From contig JBKBRF010000022.1 in NCBI GenBank assembly GCA_046292385.1, positions 32,001 to 96,000 of the forward strand: 64,000 nt of DNA, in the 5' to 3' direction. Made by a program: the position numbers and the translations under genes. The notes under the pieces were generated by a model. That model searched no databases. It was not told the DNA's origin and saw only the letters and a program-made list of their open reading frames with translations. Numbering within the stretch: position 1 is the stretch's first letter; each line of letters opens with the position of its first letter. Origin of the DNA: Armatimonadota bacterium. GTDB taxonomy: Bacteria; Armatimonadota; SYMT01. Below are positions 1-8,972 of the stretch, one piece after another.

Positions 1-2
1 GG

Positions 3-1232
3 GCGCCCGATGCGTTGGCGACGTGGGAGCAGCTGCGGGGCTATCCGGAGGGCAGCCGCGAGCCGCCGGAGGAAGCGGTCTACGTGCCGCAGCTCACCCA
101 GCCGCTGCGGCAGCGGACCGCGCGGGAGCTTCGCGGGCTGGCGCCGGAGCAGGTGGTCTCCACCGCTTCGCTTTCCGGGGTGCTCCAGTGGCACCTGCCG
201 AAGGCGTTCGCGCAGCACGACTCGCATTCGGACGCGGAGCTGGTGACGGCGCGGCTGGTGCGGTCGCTCTACTGGCAGGGCCTGGTGGCGGTCGACGACC
301 CGGAGCGGCCGCGTCACTTCCGTCTCACCCCACTCGGGCTGCGCACGCTGCGAGGCGACGCCTCGATCCCGCTGGTGCCGGAGGAGCACCAGTTCTTCCT
401 CCAGCCGAACGCGGAGATCTTCGCCCCGCCGAACCTCTCGCCGTGGGTGCTGTTCCACCTCCGCCGCTTCACCGGGGAGAAGAAGGGCGGTCCGGCCGGG
501 ATGTACCCCGTCAACGCCGATTCTCTGCGCCGCGCCTTCGACTCCGGTGTCAAGCCGGCGGAGGTCCGGCAGTTCCTGGAAGGGTTCTCCCGCACCGGCC
601 TCCCGGGGAACGTGGCGGAGCTGATCCAGACTACCGGCCGGCAGCACGGCCGGATCCGGATCGTGCCGGCCGGCTTCGTGCTGGTGACCGACGATCCGGC
701 GCTGCTGGACGAGCTGGGCGCGGTCCGCACCGTGAGCGAGCTGGTCGGAGAGCGGCTCACGGAGCGCGCCGCGCTGGTGGAGGGCTCGCAGGTCGGCGAG
801 CTGCTCCGCCGGCTGCGGGCACGTGGTTACGCGCCGGCCAACGAGGCGGAGACCCAGCTCGAGCTCGGACTGCCGGCCAGCCCCGAGACGGCTCCGCCGC
901 CGCCGGAGCCGCGCCCGGCCGCCGCGCCCGCCGTCGACTGGTCGATCTTAGAAGCGCGGGAAGAGCTGGTCATCGAGCCGGGCGAGCCGGTCGCCGGAGA
1001 CGCCGCCGTCCTCGACCTCCTGAAGCGCGCCAAGGCGCAGCGGCTGGAGGTGGAGCTGCTGCGCCGCGCCCCCCGCTCCGGCGAGGGCCGCATTACCCTC
1101 TGGCCAACTTACGTAGACCAGACGGTGGTAGATGGTTACTGTCCGGAGCTTCAGAGCGACCACAGCTACAAGATCGCGCAGATCGAGTCCGCCCGCCTGA
1201 CAGGAGAATCGTTCGCCGGTGAGTACCTATAA
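3..1232 (+). CDS. XPB-associated helicase-domain protein (Helicase_C_3-like) with C-terminal WYL-like domain; 5' partial
   Basis: ORF open from window edge; 'FFLQPNAEIFAPP...YPVNADSLRRAFDSG...LPGNVAELI' resembles the XPB N-terminal-like domain; C-terminus 'VDGYC...DHSYKIAQIESARL' is WYL-like; overlaps xpb start. Confidence 0.7.
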   Translation, partial: APDALATWEQLRGYPEGSREPPEEAVYVPQLTQPLRQRTARELRGLAPEQVVSTASLSGVLQWHLPKAFAQHDSHSDAELVTARLVRSLYWQGLVAVDDPERPRHFRLTPLGLRTLRGDASIPLVPEEHQFFLQPNAEIFAPPNLSPWVLFHLRRFTGEKKGGPAGMYPVNADSLRRAFDSGVKPAEVRQFLEGFSRTGLPGNVAELIQTTGRQHGRIRIVPAGFVLVTDDPALLDELGAVRTVSELVGERLTERAALVEGSQVGELLRRLRARGYAPANEAETQLELGLPASPETAPPPPEPRPAAAPAVDWSILEAREELVIEPGEPVAGDAAVLDLLKRAKAQRLEVELLRRAPRSGEGRITLWPTYVDQTVVDGYCPELQSDHSYKIAQIESARLTGESFAGEYL

Positions 1233-2976
1233 CCCGCTGAATCCCCTGATCGTGCAGTCCGACCGGACGCTCCTCCTGGAGGTGCAGAGTCCGCTCTACG
1301 AAGACGCGCGGGAAGCGATTGCCGGCTTTGCGGAGCTGGAAAAGAGCCCGGAGCATATCCACACCTACCGGATCACGCCACTCTCTCTCTGGAACGCCCG
1401 CGCCGCCGGGATGGAGCTGCCCGACATGGAGGCGGCCCTCTCCCGGTTCAGCAAGTTCGAGGTCCCGCAGAGCCTGCTGGCCGACATCCGCGACCTCGTA
1501 TCCCGCTACGGCCGGCTGAAGCTGGTGAAAGAGGGCGACCGCCTGCTGCTGAAGAGCGACGACCCGGCCCTGATCGCCGAAGTCTGGCACCAGAAGAAGG
1601 TCCGCGCCCTCTTCCGCGAGCAGGTGAACCCGCTCACGCTGGAAGTGCCGCTCCTTCACCGCGGCCTCGTCAAGCAGTCGCTCCTGAAGATCGGTTGGCC
1701 GGTCGAGGACCTGGCCGGCTACGCCCCCGGCGCCCCGCTCACGCTCTCCCTGCGCGACACCATGCTGCGCGGCCGCCCCTTCGGCCTGCGCGATTACCAG
1801 GTGGAGGCGGTGGAGAACTTCTGGGTCGGCGGCACCGAGCGCGGCGGCAGTGGCGTGCTGGTGCTGCCGTGCGGGGCGGGTAAGACCGTCATCGGCATCG
1901 CGGCGATGGCGAAGGCGCAGATGCAGACGCTGATCCTCGCCACCGGCATCACCGCCGCCCGGCAGTGGCGCGACGAGATCCTGGACAAGACCGACCTCCC
2001 CGCGGAGGCGGTGGCGGAGTACAGCGGCGAGGAGAAGAACCTGGCGCCGGTCACCATCGCCACCTACCAGGTGCTCACCTACCGTAAGGGCGGCAAGAAG
2101 GACCGCAACCCGGACGAGCCGGAGGACCTGGGCAACTTCCCCCATCTCGCCCTTTTCAGCGCGCAGAACTGGGGTCTCATCATCTACGACGAGGTCCACC
2201 TGCTCCCCGCCCCGGTCTTCCGCATGACGGCGGAGATCCAGGCCAAGCGGCGCCTCGGCCTCACCGCTACCCTGGTGCGGGAGGACGGACGCGAGGACGA
2301 CGTCTTCTCCCTCATCGGCCCGAAAAAGTACGACGTGCCGTGGCGCGTGCTGGAGAAGCAGGGCTGGATCGCGGAGGCGCTCTGCAGCGAGATCCGGGTC
2401 GCCATGGACCAGGAGAAGAAGATGGAGTACGCGGTGGCGGAGCGCCGGGAGAAGTACCGGGTCGCCAGCACCAACCCCGTGAAGCTCTACACGCTCGACC
2501 GCCTCCTCCGCCGCCACGCGAACGACAACGTGCTGGTGATCGGCCAGTACATCGAGCAGTTGGAAGAGATCGCCCGCCGCTACGGCGCGCCGATCATCAC
2601 CGGCAAGACCGCCAACCGGGAGCGGGAGAAGCTCTACCACGCCTTCCGGACCGGCGAGCAGAAGCTGCTGGTGGTGAGCAAGGTCGCCAACTTCGCCATC
2701 GACCTGCCCGACGCCAACGTCGCCATCCAGGTCTCCGGCACCTTCGGCAGCCGCCAGGAGGAAGCCCAGCGCCTGGGCCGCGTCCTCCGCCCGAAAGGCG
2801 AGGGCAACCCGGCCCACTTCTACTCGCTCGTCACGCGGGATACCGTGGACCAGGACTTCGGCGTCCACCGGCAGCTCTTCCTGACGGAGCAGGGCTACCG
2901 GTACGAGATCCTGGACGAGAGCGACCTGATCGAAGAAGGCGAGATCGAAGACGCCGCCGCGAAGCTGCTCGGCTAG
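1219..2976 (+). CDS. xpb: XPB/Rad25/Ssl2-family SF2 DNA helicase
   Basis: Walker A LPCGAGKT, DEVH, GLTAT, QRLGR motifs; N-terminal 'PLIVQSDRTLLLEV...ELEKSPEHIHTYRITPLSLWNA' typical of bacterial XPB. Confidence 0.93.
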   Translation: MSTYNPLNPLIVQSDRTLLLEVQSPLYEDAREAIAGFAELEKSPEHIHTYRITPLSLWNARAAGMELPDMEAALSRFSKFEVPQSLLADIRDLVSRYGRLKLVKEGDRLLLKSDDPALIAEVWHQKKVRALFREQVNPLTLEVPLLHRGLVKQSLLKIGWPVEDLAGYAPGAPLTLSLRDTMLRGRPFGLRDYQVEAVENFWVGGTERGGSGVLVLPCGAGKTVIGIAAMAKAQMQTLILATGITAARQWRDEILDKTDLPAEAVAEYSGEEKNLAPVTIATYQVLTYRKGGKKDRNPDEPEDLGNFPHLALFSAQNWGLIIYDEVHLLPAPVFRMTAEIQAKRRLGLTATLVREDGREDDVFSLIGPKKYDVPWRVLEKQGWIAEALCSEIRVAMDQEKKMEYAVAERREKYRVASTNPVKLYTLDRLLRRHANDNVLVIGQYIEQLEEIARRYGAPIITGKTANREREKLYHAFRTGEQKLLVVSKVANFAIDLPDANVAIQVSGTFGSRQEEAQRLGRVLRPKGEGNPAHFYSLVTRDTVDQDFGVHRQLFLTEQGYRYEILDESDLIEEGEIEDAAAKLLG

Positions 2977-3132
2977 CTTTAGAGGGATGAAGGCTGAGGG
3001 ATGAGGGATGAATTCCCGAACCCCTCAGCCGCCCACTTTGATCAATCGAGCCCATCGGCTCGTGCTCGACGAACAGCCTTCTCGCACTTACGCTCCAGTG
3101 CGTGCCCACATCGAGGCAACGCTCCCCGAATT

Positions 3133-3229
3133 GGTCATTCTGAGCCCCAAGCACGGCGGAAGGCCGGCCATCCTGAAGGAACGGGGTCGCCCCATCGATC
3201 ACCGTCATCCACTTCGATCAAGGCACCTT
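3133..3229. repeat. Dispersed ~90-bp repeat, copy 1 (copy 2 at 37150-37236)
   Basis: Shared blocks GGTCATyCTGAGCC, GGCCGGCCA, GGTCGCCCCATCGAT, CACTTCGATCAAGGC in the same order. Confidence 0.7.
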
Positions 3230-3240
3230 TCACCGAATTT

Positions 3241-3399
3241 GTCATTCTGAACGCAGTGAAGAATCTCGGCAGCCGTGTCGGTCCGGAGTTCGCATCCCCG
3301 TGACGAGGGATCGGCCTGGCCGGGCGGTCCCGAACGAGCGGGCTCATCTTGCCCCCGGAGCGTCGAGTGACGTAGATCCTTCACTGCGTTCAGGATGAC
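3241..3399. repeat. REP-like inverted doublet, copy 1
   Basis: GTCATTCTGAACGCAGTGAAGAATCTCGGCAGCCG (3241-3275) and inverted GACGTAGATCCTTCACTGCGTTCAGGATGAC (3369-3399). Confidence 0.85.
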
Positions 3400-3563
3400 C
3401 GCCGGGGAGCCGAGCCGAATACACCTGGGCCCTCCACCGGCAGGACATGACGGTGCGAACCCTGGCAGGGAGTTCCTCGAGGCGGTCAATGCCGGAGAGC
3501 GAAGGTCACCAGCGAGCAGGAGAAAGAGTAGGAGCAGGACCTCCCGTACACAGGGGTCCGGAT

Positions 3564-3682
3564 TCATCCCTCATCCCTCATCCCTCATCCCTCATCCCTC
3601 ATCCCTCATCCCTCATCCCTCATCCCTCATCCCTCATCCCTCATCCCTCATCCCTCATCCCTCATCCCTCATCCCTCATCCC
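3564..3682. repeat. Heptamer tandem repeat (TCATCCC)17
   Basis: 17 perfect units counted directly; short inverted array at ~2981-3012. Confidence 0.97.
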
Positions 3683-3745
3683 TCATCGTTCGAGAAGCCT
3701 TCCTACAGTGGGGGGCGCGTCCTGCCATAATCGGAGCAGCGAACG

Positions 3746-3777
3746 AAAAAAGCCCGGGGGCCGCTAGGTCCCCGGGC
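3746..3777 (-). terminator. Intrinsic terminator
   Basis: Minus strand GCCCGGGGACC-TAGC-GGCCCCCGGGC followed by T6. Confidence 0.8.
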
Positions 3778-3904
3778 AATACACTAGGTTGATCGAGCGG
3801 AGTAAGAAAACTCCTCTCGCCGACAGGATACCAGAGCGAGGGAACGTTTGGGTTCCCTCGCTCATTGCGTTTTCAAGAGGTGATCGCCCCCGGAGCGGGC
3901 GGTC

Positions 3905-4693
3905 TTATGTCGCCCGAGCAAGCGGCGCGAGGCGGTTCGGGCCCTTCCCCAGGCGCACCGCCTCCCGGATCGCGGCGGTGACCAACTCTTTCGCCGCGGC
4001 GCACGCTTCCGGCAGCTCCGCGCCGAGCGCCAGGTGGGCGGTGAGGGCGGCGGAGTAGAGGCAGCCGGTGCCGTGGACCGGACCCTCCCCGACCCCGAGC
4101 CGCTCGCCGGGATACTCCCGGAGCTCGCCACGCCAGTAAAGGGTGTCGACCGGGTCGCCGGGCAGGTGGCCGCCCTTGATGACGACCGCCTCCACTCCGA
4201 ATGCGGAGATCGCCGCGGCGGCCCGGCGGAGGCTCTCCCGATCGTGGATCTCGATCCCGCTCAGGATCGCGGCTTCCACCGCGTTGGGAGTTACCACCCG
4301 CGCCTGCGGCAAGAGCTGCCGTCGCAGCGCCTCCAGGCCGCGGGAGCAGAGGAGCGGAGTGCCGTCCTTCGCCGCGAGCACCGGGTCGACCACCAGGTTC
4401 GGGAGGCGGCGGCGGCGAACCCGCGCGGCGACCACCTCGACGACCCGCGCGCGGCCGAGCATGCCGGTCTTGGCGGCGGCGATCGGCAGGTCGGTCGCCA
4501 CGGCATCAATCTGCTCGCCGATAAACCGCGGCGGGACGTGGTGCACGCGCCGGACCCCGGCGGTGTTCTGCGCTGTCAGCGCCACCGCCACGCTGGCGCC
4601 GTAGACGCCGAGCGAGTGGAAGACCCGCAGGTCGGCCTGCAGGCCCGCGCCTCCACAGGTGTCCGAGCCGGCGATGGTGAGCGCGACCTTCAC
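3905..4693 (-). CDS. thiD: Hydroxymethylpyrimidine/phosphomethylpyrimidine kinase
   Basis: ALTIAGSDTCGGAGLQAD, TAQNT, KTGML, TPNAVEA, KGGH, HGTGC motifs. Confidence 0.95.
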   Translation of the reverse strand: MKVALTIAGSDTCGGAGLQADLRVFHSLGVYGASVAVALTAQNTAGVRRVHHVPPRFIGEQIDAVATDLPIAAAKTGMLGRARVVEVVAARVRRRRLPNLVVDPVLAAKDGTPLLCSRGLEALRRQLLPQARVVTPNAVEAAILSGIEIHDRESLRRAAAAISAFGVEAVVIKGGHLPGDPVDTLYWRGELREYPGERLGVGEGPVHGTGCLYSAALTAHLALGAELPEACAAAKELVTAAIREAVRLGKGPNRLAPLARAT

Positions 4694-4697
4694 CCCG

Positions 4698-5492
4698 CTA
4701 TCCCAGACCTGCCACCAGCGCCGGCAGGTCTCGTACGCCGGAAAGCACCCAGTCCGCCCGCTGCTCCGCTGGGATCTGCTCCACCTCCTCCGCGCGGGTG
4801 ACGCCGGAGAGCACCAGCGCCGTCCGCAGGCCGAGTCGCTTCGCGCCGAGGATGTCGGTCTCGGAGCGGTCCCCCACCATCAGCGCGTTCTGTGGAGCGG
4901 AGCCAGTCAGCTCCAGCACCCGCGCCCACATGCCGGACTCCGGCTTGCCGATCGTGATCGCGGGGACGCCGGTCGAGACCTCGAGCGGCGCCACCATCGC
5001 GCCGCCGCCGGGGATCTCGCCGGTCTCCTGGGGAAAAGTCGCATCCCGGTTGGTCGCCACGAAGCAGGCGCCGTGGACCTGGATCTGTTCGTGCGCGCGG
5101 CGCAGCTTGTCGTAGGTGAGCGAGCGGTCGAGCCCGGCCACGACGTAGTGGGCGGGTGTCTCGTCGTCCGCGGCCAGCACCTCCATGCCGATCTCGCTCA
5201 GCTCGCGCCGCAAGCCGGACTCGCCGATCACGTAGGCCCGCTTCCCCGCGGCGCCCTGGCCGCTAAGATAGAGCGCGGTCGCGTAGGCGGAGGTGACCAC
5301 CTGCTCCGCGCGCGTGGGGTAGCCCATGCGGGAGATCTTTTCCGCGTAGTCGTCGCGGCTGCGAGTGGAGTTGTTCGTCAGGAAGAAGAGCGAGTGCCCC
5401 GCGGAGTCGAGCTCCCGCAGCGCCTCCAGGGCGCCGGGGATCGGGGTGTCGCCCAGGTACACCACACCGTCCAGATCGAAGATCAAAACCAC
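4698..5492 (-). CDS. HAD-IIA family hydrolase (NagD-like)
   Basis: FDLDGV, LTNNS, GKP, MVGDRSETDI; GTG start with GAGGAG RBS. Confidence 0.92.
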   Translation of the reverse strand: MVLIFDLDGVVYLGDTPIPGALEALRELDSAGHSLFFLTNNSTRSRDDYAEKISRMGYPTRAEQVVTSAYATALYLSGQGAAGKRAYVIGESGLRRELSEIGMEVLAADDETPAHYVVAGLDRSLTYDKLRRAHEQIQVHGACFVATNRDATFPQETGEIPGGGAMVAPLEVSTGVPAITIGKPESGMWARVLELTGSAPQNALMVGDRSETDILGAKRLGLRTALVLSGVTRAEEVEQIPAEQRADWVLSGVRDLPALVAGLG

Positions 5493-5801
5493 GCCGCACC
5501 CTCCTCGCCGCCGCTCGCGCGATCCGGAGCTCCGTCCCTGCCGCTCCGGGCTGGAGAAGTATATACCGATCCGGACCGCGGGGGAGCGGCCAACCACAGG
5601 GAGCCCGGCACGGTGGGCGGCGAGAGAGCCGGTTATTTTTCCGACAAGCGCCGGCGCGGCAGGTGGAGCAGCTCACCGGCGCGAACAGTGAGGATACTCT
5701 TATACCAGCCGCGGCGCCAGCAGGATCCGGAGCCGGGGTTAACATTGCTGCTCTCCTCTTCGGGCGGTGAGCGGCGCTACTGTTCGTAACTTCATTAGCT
5801 A

Positions 5802-7940
5802 ATGACAGATCCTGCCGTGTTCCCGCGGCGCTCCTCCGCTCCGGAGGAGCGAGGGCACGTGGATTCGTGCCTGCTGCTTGTTCACTGGGCGGAAGTAGTC
5901 CGTCACCTGCCGGGCTGCTCTCCCGCGCTCCTGTCCCACGCCCTGCACCGGCGCCTGGGGACGGAATTCACCGACCTCCGCGGCCTGGCGGTGCTCCCCG
6001 CGACCGCCGGGGAGGAGCTGCGGCGAGTCTTTGAATGCTGGGGCATCGAGTGCGAAGCCCCGGAGCGCCACCACTCCCTGGAAGAGCTGCTCTCCCGCCG
6101 CCAGATCACGGCCAACACGGTCCTGGCGGTGACCACCACCACCTCCGGCGAAGAGGCGGTGGCGGCGGCGCGCGGGCTGGGGGCGCGGGTGACGATCTGG
6201 ACTCCGGAGGCGACCGCCGGCGCTGCCTGCAGCGGGGCGGAGCTCCGGCGGCTCCAGGACGAGCTCCACCTGGAGACGGCGCATCCGGTCGGCCTCTTCG
6301 TCGACTGGCCCTACGTCCTGCGGACGCCGCAGGCAGACGGCGACGCGCCCCGGACGACGCTCGCCTACCGGCTGCTGTGGGCGGCGCGCCTCACCGGATC
6401 GCTCGTCACCGCCCGCTTCTTCGGCATCGACGGCTGCCCCCACGGGGCGGACCTGGCCGGCGTCGCGGCGGCGTGGCCGGAGCTCTCCGTGAACGCGTCG
6501 GAGGCGGAGGGGCCGATGCGCGCGGAGCTGGAGGCGCTGCTGGACGATCCACACGCGCCCCACACCTGGATTCTCACCACGGAGGCACCGTGGCTTCCGG
6601 AGCTCGCGGAGCGGGCACGCTCCCGCGGGATCCGCGTGCTCTGGTGGCGCGCCCGGCCGGCCGGGGAAAGCGCCCCGCCGGAGTGGACGCTGGACGGCTG
6701 CTCGGACCTGAGCCCGCTGCTGGCGGCGCCGGCCCACCCGGACGCCTGGCATCCCCAGGCGCCGATCCGGGCCAGCCAAACCGTAGTCCGGGCGCGGGTG
6801 GAGCCGCGGCCGCCGGCCGGCACCGCCCCGGCCGGCGCGGCGCCGGGACCGATCCCCGCCGACGCCCGACTGGGACCCTGGCTGCGGCTGCTGTTCTACA
6901 CGGAGTGCGCCCTGCGGCGGCACGGGTGGAGCCGGATCTCACTGCGGCGGCTCGCGGCGCACCTCGCGGAGTCCGAGGAGTTCGGTCCCACCACCGCCAA
7001 CAGCCTCGTCTGGCTGAACCGCGCCCGCGACGAGGGGCTGCTCCTCTTCGACCAGGAGACGCGCAGCGGGGAGATCTCCCACCGCGTCACCGTCTGCCAC
7101 CCCAATCCGGAGCACCCGCTCACTCGCACGTCGGTGGAGGTGCCGGACCGCTGCCTACGCCTGCTCCGCCAGATGCTTCACCGCATGCCGTGGGTCAGCT
7201 TCAAGCTGCTGCGGAACGTGCTGCTGCGAGAGCAGTGGCTCGGGGGCCCGCCCTACTTCCTCGACGAAGCGGCCGTGGACGAATGGCTCAACTTCCTCAT
7301 CCAGTGCAGCGCCGTGCGGATGAGCAAGGAGCCGAACATCGAGAACCCGGAGTACCCGGTCACCGCCCTGCGCCTGAACGAGCAGCACCCGGTGGCGCGC
7401 GCCTACGTCCCCACCCCGGAAGAGGCGCGCCGCCTCGGCGCGGAGCGCGCCGTGCTGGCGATCGACCACTTCCTGATCCGCAACCGCAAGCCGTGGATGG
7501 CGATGGGCGCGCTGCGCCGCAGCCTCTCCGCGATCCACCGGGAAGAGCTGCAGACCCTGCTGCAGGGGCTGCAGAACCTCGGCGCGCTCGTCACCGAGAG
7601 CTACCCGAACCCGCAGAAGGAGCACGCCACCACCGGCTGCCGGCTGCGGCGGGACGAGCCGTTCGTTAAGGGGACGCTGCAGACTCGGGACCTGATCGTC
7701 AGCGTGGCGCAGGGCCAGCAGCAGGGTCGGGGCTGGATCCCGCTCTCCGGCCTGGAAGCCGAGCTCGACGCGCGGCTCGACGCCGCCCCCGCGGAGCGAC
7801 GCGCCTGGATCCGGCTGCTTCGCGACGAAGGGCTGCTGGAGCTCGACCAGGAGCACGACGCGGAGGAGGACGAGCCGTGGGGAGACACCCGCTGCCGCCT
7901 GAACGCCGCCGACCCGGTGGTGCGCCAGATCGTCGGCTAA
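5802..7940 (+). CDS. Hypothetical protein: degenerate NYN-like N-terminal domains plus four ~80-aa winged-helix/LOTUS-like repeats
   Basis: 712-aa ORF; 'VGLFVDWPYV' NYN-like first strand; four repeats ending T-x-C/L-R-L-N-xx-HP/DP. Confidence 0.6.
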   Translation: MTDPAVFPRRSSAPEERGHVDSCLLLVHWAEVVRHLPGCSPALLSHALHRRLGTEFTDLRGLAVLPATAGEELRRVFECWGIECEAPERHHSLEELLSRRQITANTVLAVTTTTSGEEAVAAARGLGARVTIWTPEATAGAACSGAELRRLQDELHLETAHPVGLFVDWPYVLRTPQADGDAPRTTLAYRLLWAARLTGSLVTARFFGIDGCPHGADLAGVAAAWPELSVNASEAEGPMRAELEALLDDPHAPHTWILTTEAPWLPELAERARSRGIRVLWWRARPAGESAPPEWTLDGCSDLSPLLAAPAHPDAWHPQAPIRASQTVVRARVEPRPPAGTAPAGAAPGPIPADARLGPWLRLLFYTECALRRHGWSRISLRRLAAHLAESEEFGPTTANSLVWLNRARDEGLLLFDQETRSGEISHRVTVCHPNPEHPLTRTSVEVPDRCLRLLRQMLHRMPWVSFKLLRNVLLREQWLGGPPYFLDEAAVDEWLNFLIQCSAVRMSKEPNIENPEYPVTALRLNEQHPVARAYVPTPEEARRLGAERAVLAIDHFLIRNRKPWMAMGALRRSLSAIHREELQTLLQGLQNLGALVTESYPNPQKEHATTGCRLRRDEPFVKGTLQTRDLIVSVAQGQQQGRGWIPLSGLEAELDARLDAAPAERRAWIRLLRDEGLLELDQEHDAEEDEPWGDTRCRLNAADPVVRQIVG

Positions 7941-8061
7941 GAAGCCTCCACCCGGGCTGGGGATAGGACTGCCGGCGAGAGGGCACCTACGCGGGCGCCG
8001 GTACAGTCCGGCGGTGTGGACCCGGCCGGGCGGTGGTATCCTGACGAAGGAGGATTCAAGG

Positions 8062-8919
8062 ATGCAGCGGCGACCCCTGGGCAGGACCGGAGAGGAGCTC
8101 TCGATCATCGGCTTCGGCGGCATCGTGGTGATGGACGTCGACCCGTCCGAGGCCGCGTCGGCGGTTGCGGAAGCGGTCGACCGCGGCATCAACTACTTCG
8201 ACGTCGCCCCCAGCTACGGAAACGCCGAAGAGCGCCTCGGTCCCGCGCTGGAGCCGTACCGGGACCGCGTTTTTCTCGCCTGCAAGACGATGAAGCGCTC
8301 CCGCGAGGAAGCCGCGGAGGAGCTGCGGCAGTCGCTCACCCGGCTCCGCACCGACCGCTTCGACCTCTATCAGCTCCACGCGATGACGACGCGGGAGGAC
8401 CTGGAGACCGCGACCGGCCCCGGCGGCGCGCTGGAGGCGATCCTGGAAGCCCGGGAGCAGGGCCTCGTCCGGCACGTCGGCTTCAGCGCCCACAACGTGG
8501 AGGTCGCGCTGGAGCTGATGGACCGCTTCCCGTTCGACAGCATCCTCTTCCCGATCAACTGGACCGAGTACTTCCACGCCGGCTTCGGGCCGCAGGTGGT
8601 GGAGAAGGCGGTCGAGAAGGTGGTCGGCCGGCTCGCGCTCAAGGCGATGGCGCGGCAGAAGTGGCCGGAGGGCGCGGACCGCGACACGTGGCCCAAGTGC
8701 TGGTACGAGCCGTGCCAGGATCCCGCCGAGGCGGCGCTGGCGCTCCGCTTCACCCTGAGCCAGCCGGTCACCGCGGCGATCCCTCCCGGGGACCTCCACT
8801 TCCTGCGGCAGGCGATCCGCGTGGCGGAGAGCTTCGAGCCGATCTCGGACGCGGAGCGAGACGAGCTGCGCCGGCGCGCGCGGGAGCTGGTGCCGTTCTT
8901 CGAGCTCACCCCCGCCTGA
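8062..8919 (+). CDS. Aldo/keto reductase
   Basis: RRPLGRTG, GINYFDVAPSYG, LRTDRFDLYQLH, GFSAH; AGGAGG RBS. Confidence 0.92.
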   Translation: MQRRPLGRTGEELSIIGFGGIVVMDVDPSEAASAVAEAVDRGINYFDVAPSYGNAEERLGPALEPYRDRVFLACKTMKRSREEAAEELRQSLTRLRTDRFDLYQLHAMTTREDLETATGPGGALEAILEAREQGLVRHVGFSAHNVEVALELMDRFPFDSILFPINWTEYFHAGFGPQVVEKAVEKVVGRLALKAMARQKWPEGADRDTWPKCWYEPCQDPAEAALALRFTLSQPVTAAIPPGDLHFLRQAIRVAESFEPISDAERDELRRRARELVPFFELTPA

Positions 8920-8972
8920 TCGGCGCTTCCGGGTGGGAGCGAGTGTGCCCCCACGCTCCCACCCGGACCCAG

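Noticed and set aside
1093..2868. Long antisense and alternate-frame ORFs (also 19032-20957, 29902-32004, 37886-40252, 57790-60540)
   Set aside because: Shadow ORFs expected in high-GC DNA opposite well-supported genes; Arg/Gly/Pro-rich with no motifs.
3564..3690. CRISPR array, or coding repeats (ORFs 3395-3730, 3447-3767, 57518-58057 reading IPHPSSL)
   Set aside because: Pure heptamer tandem repeats with no unique spacers and no cas genes; the ORFs are by-products of the repeat.
4694..5800. TPP riboswitch upstream of thiD
   Set aside because: thiD follows the HAD gene after 4 bp, and no CTGAGA-type TPP core is seen upstream of the pair.
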